Virus record (IMG/VR): IMGVR_UViG_2600254997_000006
Span: 1-7,103 of that record
Reading direction: 5' to 3' (one strand)
Source of the DNA: a virus
Taxonomy: Duplodnaviria; Heunggongvirae; Uroviricota; Caudoviricetes
DNA: 7,103 nucleotides
Of this stretch, positions 1 to 5,840 are shown piece by piece. The notes below the pieces were generated by a model, which worked only from the letters and a program-made list of their open reading frames with translations, did no database searches and had not been told where the DNA came from. Numbering within the stretch: the first letter of the stretch is position 1; each line of letters opens with the position of its first letter. Made by a program: the position numbers and the translations under genes.

Positions 1-36
1 GGCGGCTTCCTTTCCATTAACAAACTTTCGCAGTAA
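1..36 (+). CDS. 3' end of the upstream tail gene (lambda L-like tail tip assembly protein), partial
   Basis: Frame 1 is open from the window edge and reads GGFLSINKLSQ before a TAA at 34-36, 4 nt ahead of the K start at 41. The assignment rests on lambda synteny (L-K-I-J), not on recognisable domain content in 11 residues. Confidence 0.4.
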   Translation, partial: GGFLSINKLSQ

Positions 37-40
37 TCCC

Positions 41-784
41 ATGACACAGACAGAATCAGAGATTCTGGCGCACGCCCGGCGATGTGCGCCAGCGGAGTCG
101 TGCGGCTTCGTGGTGAGAACGCCGGAAGGGGAAAGATATTTTCCCTGCGTGAATATCTCCGGTGAGCCGGAGGCGTATTTCCGGATGTCGCCGGAGGACT
201 GGCTGCGGGCAGAGATGCAGGGTGAGATTGTGGCGCTGGTCCACAGCCACCCCGGTGGTCTGCCCTGGCTGAGTGAGGCTGACAGGCGGCTGCAGGTGCA
301 GAGCGATTTGCCTTGGTGGCTGGTCTGCCGGGGTGAGATTCATAAATTCCGCTGTGTGCCGCATCTTACCGGGCGGCGCTTTGAGCACGGGGTGACGGAC
401 TGTTACACGCTGTTCCGGGATGCTTATCATCTGGCGGGGATTGAGATGCCGGACTTTCATCGTGAGGATGACTGGTGGTGTAACGGCCAGAATCTCTATC
501 TGGATAATCTGGAGGCCACAGGGCTGTATCAGGTGCCGTTGTCAGCGGCGCAGCCGGGCGATGTGCTGCTGTGCTGTTTTGGTTCATCGGTGCCGAATCA
601 CGCCGCAATTTACTGCGGCGACGGCGAGCTGCTGCACCATATTCCTGAACAACTGAGCAAACGAGAGAGGTACACCGACAAATGGCAGCGACGCACACAC
701 TCCCTCTGGCGTCACCGGGCATGGCACGCATCTGCCTTTACGGGGATTTACAACGATTTGGCCGCCGCATCGACCTTCGTGTAA
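41..784 (+). CDS. K: Tail tip assembly protein K, with an N-terminal JAMM/MPN metalloprotease-like domain and a C-terminal NlpC/P60 (C40) cysteine peptidase-like domain
   Basis: 247-aa ORF. HSHPGGLPWLSEAD fits the JAMM motif H-x-H-x7-S-x2-D, and AESCGFVV upstream supplies the expected conserved Glu. GVTDCYTLF followed by NHAAIY and LLHH looks like an NlpC/P60 Cys/His core. The sequence is near-identical to lambda K as I recall it. An alternative start at ATG 185 (MSPEDWL...) has a GGAGG ~13 nt upstream and gives the 199-aa length I recall for annotated lambda K; ATG 41 has no obvious Shine-Dalgarno and may be translationally coupled to the upstream gene. Confidence 0.9.
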   Translation: MTQTESEILAHARRCAPAESCGFVVRTPEGERYFPCVNISGEPEAYFRMSPEDWLRAEMQGEIVALVHSHPGGLPWLSEADRRLQVQSDLPWWLVCRGEIHKFRCVPHLTGRRFEHGVTDCYTLFRDAYHLAGIEMPDFHREDDWWCNGQNLYLDNLEATGLYQVPLSAAQPGDVLLCCFGSSVPNHAAIYCGDGELLHHIPEQLSKRERYTDKWQRRTHSLWRHRAWHASAFTGIYNDLAAASTFV

Positions 785-1329
785 AAACGGGGGCCGAAGC
801 TATCCGTGCGCTGGCCACACAGATCCCGGCGTTTCGTCAGAAACTGAATGACGGCTGGTATCAGGTGCGCATTGCCGGGCGTGATGCAGGCGAAACCGAA
901 TTATCTGCCCGTCTTAATGAGCCGCTGGCAAATGGTGCCGTGATCCACATCGTGCCGCATCTGGCGGGAGCTAAAAGTGGCGGTGTGTTTCAGGTGGTGC
1001 TGGGGGCGGCGCTGATTGCGGTGGCATGGTGGAACCCTGTGGGCTGGCTGGGTGCCGCGGCTGTATCGGGCATGTATGCGGCAGGGGCCAGTATGATCCT
1101 GGGTGGTGTGGCCCAGATGCTGGCACCGAAAGCCCGGACGTCCACAGCGACCAGCACGGATAACGGTAAGCAGAACACCTATTTCTCATCACTGGATAAC
1201 ATGGTTGCCCAGGGCAATGTTCTGCCTGTTCTGTACGGTGAAATGCGCGTGGGGTCTCGTGTGGTTTCTCAGGAGATCAGCACGGCAGATGAAGGGGACG
1301 GTGGTCAGGTTGTGGTGATTGGCCGCTGA
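682..1329 (+). CDS. I: Tail assembly protein I
   Basis: 215-aa ORF whose N-terminus MAATHTLPLASPGMARICLYGDLQRFGRRIDLRVKTGAEAIRALA and C-terminus TDNGKQNTYFSSLDNMVAQGNVLPVLYGEMRVGSRVVSQEISTADEGDGGQVVVIGR match lambda I as I recall it. It has a central hydrophobic Gly/Ala-rich segment. It overlaps the 3' end of K by 103 nt in a different frame, as in lambda. GAGAGG lies ~11 nt upstream of the ATG. Confidence 0.9.
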   Translation: MAATHTLPLASPGMARICLYGDLQRFGRRIDLRVKTGAEAIRALATQIPAFRQKLNDGWYQVRIAGRDAGETELSARLNEPLANGAVIHIVPHLAGAKSGGVFQVVLGAALIAVAWWNPVGWLGAAAVSGMYAAGASMILGGVAQMLAPKARTSTATSTDNGKQNTYFSSLDNMVAQGNVLPVLYGEMRVGSRVVSQEISTADEGDGGQVVVIGR

Positions 1330-1347
1330 TGCAAAATATTTCATGTG

Positions 1348-1378
1348 AAACCGCCTCCGGGCGGTTTTGTCGTTTATG
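1348..1378 (+). terminator. Intergenic stem-loop between I and J: 8-bp stem, 4-nt loop, T-rich tail; terminator- or attenuator-like
   Basis: AAACCGCC (1348-1355) pairs perfectly with GGCGGTTT (1360-1367) around loop TCCG, followed by TGTCGTTT. The T tract is interrupted, so this may be a weak terminator or RNA-stability element rather than an efficient terminator. It lies immediately upstream of the J Shine-Dalgarno GGAG (1378-1381). Confidence 0.35.
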
Positions 1379-1389
1379 GAGCATGACGA

Positions 1390-4300
1390 ATGGGCAAAGG
1401 AAGCAGTAAGGGGCATACCCCGCGCGAAGCGAAGGACAACCTGAAGTCCACGCAACTGCTGAGTGTGATTGATGCCATCAGCGAAGGGCCGATTGACGGT
1501 CCGGTGGATGGATTAAAAAGCGTGCTGCTGAACAGTACGCCGGTGCTGGACAGTGAGGGGAATACCAATATCTCCGGTGTCACGGTGGTGTTCCGGGCTG
1601 GTGAGCAGGAGCAGACTCCGCCGGAGGGATTTGAATCCTCCGGCTCCGAGACGGTGCTGGGTACGGAAGTGAAATACGACACGCCGATCACCCGGACCAT
1701 CACGTCGGCAAACATTGACCGACTGCGTTTTACCTTCGGTGTGCAGGCACTGGTGGAAACCACCTCAAAGGGGGACAGGAATCCGTCGGAAGTCCGCCTG
1801 CTGGTTCAGATACAACGTAACGGTGGCTGGGTGACGGAAAAAGACATCACCATTAAAGGCAAAACCACCTCACAGTATCTGGCATCGGTGGTGGTGGGTA
1901 ACCTGCCGCCGCGCCCGTTCAATATCCGGATGCGCAGGATGACGCCGGACAGCACCACAGACCAGCTGCAGAACAAAACGCTCTGGTCGTCATACACCGA
2001 AATCATCGATGTGAAACAGTGCTACCCGAACACGGCACTGGTCGGCGTACAGGTGGATTCGGAGCAGTTCGGCAGCCAGCAGGTGAGCCGTAATTATCAT
2101 CTTCGCGGGCGCATTCTGCAGGTGCCGTCGAACTATAACCCGCAGACGCGACAATACAGCGGTATCTGGGACGGAACGTTAAAACCGGCATACAGCAACA
2201 ACATGGCCTGGTGTCTGTGGGATATGCTTACCCATCCGCGCTACGGCATGGGGAAACGTCTTGGTGCGGCGGATGTGGATAAATGGGCGCTGTATGTCAT
2301 CGGCCAGTACTGCGACCAGTCAGTGCCGGACGGCTTTGGCGGCACGGAGCCGCGCATCACCTGTAATGCGTACCTGACCACACAGCGCAAGGCGTGGGAT
2401 GTGCTCAGTGATTTCTGCTCGGCGATGCGCTGTATGCCGGTATGGAACGGGCAAACGCTGACGTTCGTGCAGGACCGACCGTCGGATAAGGTGTGGACCT
2501 ATAACCGCAGTAATGTGGTGATGCCGGATGATGGCGCGCCGTTCCGCTACAGCTTCAGCGCCCTGAAGGACCGCCATAATGCCGTTGAGGTGAACTGGAT
2601 TGACCCGAACAACGGCTGGGAGACGGCAACAGAGCTTGTGGAGGACACGCAGGCCATTGCCCGTTACGGTCGTAACGTCACGAAGATGGATGCCTTTGGC
2701 TGTACCAGTCGGGGGCAGGCACACCGCGCCGGGCTGTGGCTGATTAAAACAGAACTGCTGGAAACGCAGACCGTGGACTTCAGCGTGGGTGCTGAAGGGC
2801 TTCGCCATGTACCGGGCGATGTCATTGAAATCTGCGATGATGACTATGCCGGTATCAGCACCGGCGGGCGCGTGCTGGCGGTGAACAGCCAGACCCGGAC
2901 GCTGACGCTCGACCGTGAAATCACGCTGCCATCCTCCGGCACCACGCTGATAAGCCTGGTTGACGGGCAGGGTAATCCGGTGAGCGTGGAGGTTCAGTCC
3001 GTCACCGACGGACTTAAGGTGAAAGTGAACCGGGTTCCTGACGGCGTTGCCGAATACAGCGTGTGGGGGCTGAAGTTGCCGACGTTGCGTCAGCGCCTGT
3101 TCCGCTGTGTGAGTATCCGTGAGAACGATGACGGCACGTATGCCATCACCGCTGTGCAGCATGTGCCGGAGAAAGAGGCCATCGTGGATAACGGGGCGCA
3201 CTTTGACGGCGACCAGAGCGGCACGGTGAATGGTGTCACGCCGCCAGCAGTGCAGCACCTGACCGCAGAAGTCACCGCAGACAGCGGGGAATACCAGGTG
3301 CTGGCGCGCTGGGACACGCCGAAGGTGGTGAAGGGGGGGAGCTTTATGCTTCGCCTGACCGTGGCAGCGGATGACGGCAGTGAGCGGCTGGTCAGCACGG
3401 CCCGGACGACGGAAACCACATACCGCTTCAGGCAGCTGGCGTTGGGGCGTTACACGCTGACAGTCCGGGCGGTAAATGCCCGGGGACAGCAGGGCGATCC
3501 GGCGTCGGTATCGTTCCGGATTGCCGCACCGGCAGCGCCGTCACAGATTGAGCTGACGCCGGGCTATTTTCAGATAACCGCCACGCCGCATCTTGCGGTT
3601 TATGATCCGACGGTACAGTTTGAATTCTGGTTTTCTGAAACGAAGATTTCAGATGTCTCACAGGTGGACAAATCTGCCCGCTATCTTGGTACGGCACTGT
3701 ACTGGGTAGCCTCCGGCCAGAATATTAAGCCGGGCCATGATTATTACTTTTATGTTCGCAGTGTGAATACCGTTGGCAAATCGGCATTCGTGGAGGCTGT
3801 CGGCCAGCCGGGTAATAATCCTGAAGAGTATCTCAATTTTTTTGAAGGGAAAATAAACAGCACCCTGCTGGGGCAGGAGCTGAATGATCGTATTAATGCC
3901 TCTGCATTGCGCAGTGAAGTTGAGCAACTGGAGGATGAGGTCAATCAGCGACTGGAGAGTGATATTGCCGGGGTGACCCAAAAAATCGGGGAAACTGAAA
4001 ACAGCCTCACGCAGCTGGTTGCTAAAAAAAATGATGAGCAGTCACTGGCCATATCCCAGGTGAGTCAGAAAGTGGACAACGTCAGTAGCGAACTCACGCA
4101 AACGGTCAGTCAGAGTAATGAGGAGAATGCACGCCAGATTGCGCAGGTTCGTCAGTATGTGGATGAAAAAAGCAGTGAAATCATCTCGACGACAGACAAA
4201 AAACTGGGCGAGCAGGAAGCAACAATCCAGCAGATACAAAAGGTTCAGACAGACACCAGTAATAACCTGAACAGTATGTGGGCCGTGAAACTGCAGCAGA

Positions 4301-5013
4301 TGCAGGATGGTCGCCTTTACATTGCGGGTATCGGTGCCGGTATTGAGAATACCCCTGACGGTATGCAGAGTCAGGTGCTGCTGGCGGCAGACAGGATTGC
4401 GTTCATTAATCCGGAGAACGGTAACACCACTCCAGCACTGGTCACGCAGGGGGGACAGACGTTTATCAATGAAGCGCTGATTAAGACCCTTATTGCTCCC
4501 ACAATTACCAGCGGTGGCAGTCCTCCGGTATTTTCCCTGACATCAGACGGAAAGCTGACTGCTAAAAATGCGGATATCAGTGGCAGTGTGAATGCGAACG
4601 CCGGGACGCTCAACAATGTCACGGTAAATGAAAACTGTACGATTAAGGGCATGCTGGAGGCGACCCAAGTCAGAGGGGATTTCGTTAAAGCTGTATCCAA
4701 ATCATTTCCGAAACAGGCTGGTACGTGGGGTAACACGGAAACACCAAACGGGACGGTTACAGTCACCATCAGCGATGATCATAACTTTGACCGTCAAATC
4801 ATTATTCCGCCCATTATCTTTAACGGAATAGCGTATAGCTATCCGGGAAGTGGTAATAACCCGGGAGGTACAAGTTACACGGGTTATGGTTTTGAAGTTC
4901 GCAAAAACGGTGTATTAATCGCATCCAGAGAAACTAAAGGGGCCATTCCCGGTAGCTACAGTGCGGTTATTGATATGCCGAGTGGCAGGGGGAAGCGTCA
5001 CTCTGGAGTTTAA
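1390..5013 (+). CDS. J: Host specificity protein J (central tail fibre / tail tip protein); frame as it stands ends prematurely at TAA 5011-5013
   Basis: 1207-aa ORF with GGAG 8 nt upstream of ATG 1390. The N-terminal ~800 residues ([47 protein letters not shown]...) are near-identical to lambda J as I recall it. It contains an FN3-like segment (...[24 protein letters not shown]...[27 protein letters not shown]) and a long heptad-like Gln/Glu/Ser-rich segment at ~3830-4300. The extreme C-terminus is displaced to another frame (next feature). Confidence 0.92.
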   Translation: MGKGSSKGHTPREAKDNLKSTQLLSVIDAISEGPIDGPVDGLKSVLLNSTPVLDSEGNTNISGVTVVFRAGEQEQTPPEGFESSGSETVLGTEVKYDTPITRTITSANIDRLRFTFGVQALVETTSKGDRNPSEVRLLVQIQRNGGWVTEKDITIKGKTTSQYLASVVVGNLPPRPFNIRMRRMTPDSTTDQLQNKTLWSSYTEIIDVKQCYPNTALVGVQVDSEQFGSQQVSRNYHLRGRILQVPSNYNPQTRQYSGIWDGTLKPAYSNNMAWCLWDMLTHPRYGMGKRLGAADVDKWALYVIGQYCDQSVPDGFGGTEPRITCNAYLTTQRKAWDVLSDFCSAMRCMPVWNGQTLTFVQDRPSDKVWTYNRSNVVMPDDGAPFRYSFSALKDRHNAVEVNWIDPNNGWETATELVEDTQAIARYGRNVTKMDAFGCTSRGQAHRAGLWLIKTELLETQTVDFSVGAEGLRHVPGDVIEICDDDYAGISTGGRVLAVNSQTRTLTLDREITLPSSGTTLISLVDGQGNPVSVEVQSVTDGLKVKVNRVPDGVAEYSVWGLKLPTLRQRLFRCVSIRENDDGTYAITAVQHVPEKEAIVDNGAHFDGDQSGTVNGVTPPAVQHLTAEVTADSGEYQVLARWDTPKVVKGGSFMLRLTVAADDGSERLVSTARTTETTYRFRQLALGRYTLTVRAVNARGQQGDPASVSFRIAAPAAPSQIELTPGYFQITATPHLAVYDPTVQFEFWFSETKISDVSQVDKSARYLGTALYWVASGQNIKPGHDYYFYVRSVNTVGKSAFVEAVGQPGNNPEEYLNFFEGKINSTLLGQELNDRINASALRSEVEQLEDEVNQRLESDIAGVTQKIGETENSLTQLVAKKNDEQSLAISQVSQKVDNVSSELTQTVSQSNEENARQIAQVRQYVDEKSSEIISTTDKKLGEQEATIQQIQKVQTDTSNNLNSMWAVKLQQMQDGRLYIAGIGAGIENTPDGMQSQVLLAADRIAFINPENGNTTPALVTQGGQTFINEALIKTLIAPTITSGGSPPVFSLTSDGKLTAKNADISGSVNANAGTLNNVTVNENCTIKGMLEATQVRGDFVKAVSKSFPKQAGTWGNTETPNGTVTVTISDDHNFDRQIIIPPIIFNGIAYSYPGSGNNPGGTSYTGYGFEVRKNGVLIASRETKGAIPGSYSAVIDMPSGRGKRHSGV

Positions 5014-5107
5014 GATTTTCCAGAAAGGCAATCAGGGGGCAGGCAATATCACCGACTGTACGGTGATTGTGACCAAAAAAGCCGCTTCCGGCATCAGTAT
5101 TCGTTGA
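4994..5107 (+). other. J: Displaced C-terminal coding segment of J, in a frame offset by one nucleotide from the main J frame
   Basis: Read from 4994 in the shifted frame, the sequence gives [37 protein letters not shown] before a TGA at 5105-5107. This parallels the lambda J C-terminus as I recall it (...MPAGRGNVILTFTL...VMVIKKQALGISVV). The main frame reads ...[15 protein letters not shown] then stop. The junction is the GGGGGAA tract at 4988-4994. Confidence 0.7.
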
Positions 5108-5128
5108 AATTGTTATAACCCATATAAG

Positions 5129-5152
5129 GGCACCAGAAATGGCGCCTTTTTT
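5129..5152 (+). terminator. Weak terminator-like hairpin plus T6 tract downstream of J and upstream of lom
   Basis: GGCACC (5129-5134) and GGCGCC (5141-5146) form a 6-bp stem with one central A-C mismatch around loop AGAAAT, followed by TTTTTT (5147-5152). The imperfect stem keeps confidence low. Confidence 0.3.
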
Positions 5153-5177
5153 ATTGTCAGAAAAGCGAGAGGTAATT

Positions 5178-5780
5178 ATGCGTAAATTATGTGCTGTTAT
5201 TCTGTCCGCAGTAGTCTGGCTGGTTGCCGCTGGTACGCCAGCGAGCGCAGCAGAGCATCAGTCCACACTAAGCGCCGGGTATCTTCAGACCCATACTGAT
5301 ATGCCAGGCAGCGATGACCTGAAGGGCATTAACGTGAAATACCGTTATGAATTTACGGACACGCTGGGGCTGGTGACGTCATTCAGCTATGCAGGAGACA
5401 AGAATCGCCAGCTTACCCGTTACAGCGATACCCGCTGGCATGAAGATTCCGTGCGTAACCGCTGGTTCAGCGTGATGGCGGGGCCGTCTGTACGCGTGAA
5501 TGAATGGTTCAGCGCGTATGCGATGGCGGGTGTGGCTTACAGCCGTGTGTCGACTTTCTCCGGGGATTATCTTCGCGTAACTGACAACAAGGGGAAAACG
5601 CACGATGTGCTGACCGGAAGTGATGACGGTCGCCACAGTAACACGTCTCTGGCGGGGGGGCTGGCGTGCAGTTTAACCCGACCGAATCCGTGGCCATTGA
5701 TATTGCTTATGAAGGCTCCGGCAGTGGCGACTGGCGCACTGACGGTTTCATCGTGGGTGTCGGTTATAAATTCTGATTAG
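5178..5780 (+). CDS. lom: Lom outer-membrane protein (Ail/OmpX/PagC-family 8-stranded beta-barrel), a moron / lysogenic-conversion gene; reading frame disrupted near the 3' end
   Basis: Translation from ATG 5178 (GAGAGG ~7 nt upstream) gives [36 protein letters not shown]..., a signal peptide with an A-x-A cleavage motif followed by sequence near-identical to lambda Lom as I recall it. After the G7 tract at 5654-5660 the frame yields ...[18 protein letters not shown]...INSD, whereas the adjacent frame (5663-5776) yields [41 protein letters not shown], a canonical OMP C-terminal beta-strand ending in Phe. The ORF-track start at 5139 is an upstream in-frame ATG inside the hairpin/T tract with no Shine-Dalgarno. 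Confidence 0.85.
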
Positions 5781-5803
5781 CCAGGTAACACAGTGTTATG
5801 ACA

Positions 5804-5829
5804 GTCCGCCGGTTCAGGCGGGCTTTTTT
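5804..5829 (+). terminator. Rho-independent terminator downstream of lom
   Basis: GTCCGCC (5804-5810) pairs with GGCGGGC (5817-5823) as a 7-bp GC-rich stem with one G-U wobble around loop GGTTCA, followed by TTTTTT (5824-5829). It lies immediately upstream of the stf Shine-Dalgarno GAGG and ATG 5841. Confidence 0.7.
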
Positions 5830-5840
5830 GTGAGGTGAAT

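Noticed and set aside
420-1455. Small overlapping ORFs within K and I in both orientations (420-656 +, 366-731 -, 971-1192 -, 990-1178 -, 1103-1318 +, 1189-1455 -)
   Set aside because: They are embedded in or antisense to the confidently assigned K and I genes and encode low-complexity peptides. The genuine K/I overlap (682-784) is the only overlap I accept, as it matches lambda.
2003-3419. Minus-strand ORFs inside J (2003-2191, 2320-3258 and 3090-3419)
   Set aside because: They lie entirely within and antisense to the well-supported J coding region, with no start context or recognisable domain. They are typical chance ORFs in GC-rich coding DNA.
4985-4997. Programmed ribosomal frameshift at the J C-terminus
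   Set aside because: The site GGGGGAA is not a canonical X-XXY-YYZ slippery heptamer and there is no obvious downstream stimulatory structure. A simple 1-nt indel is the more economical explanation.
5139-5177. Upstream ATG at 5139 as the lom start (ORF-track call)
   Set aside because: It sits inside the terminator-like hairpin and T tract with no Shine-Dalgarno. ATG 5178 has GAGAGG upstream and begins the signal peptide MRKLCAVIL..., matching Lom.
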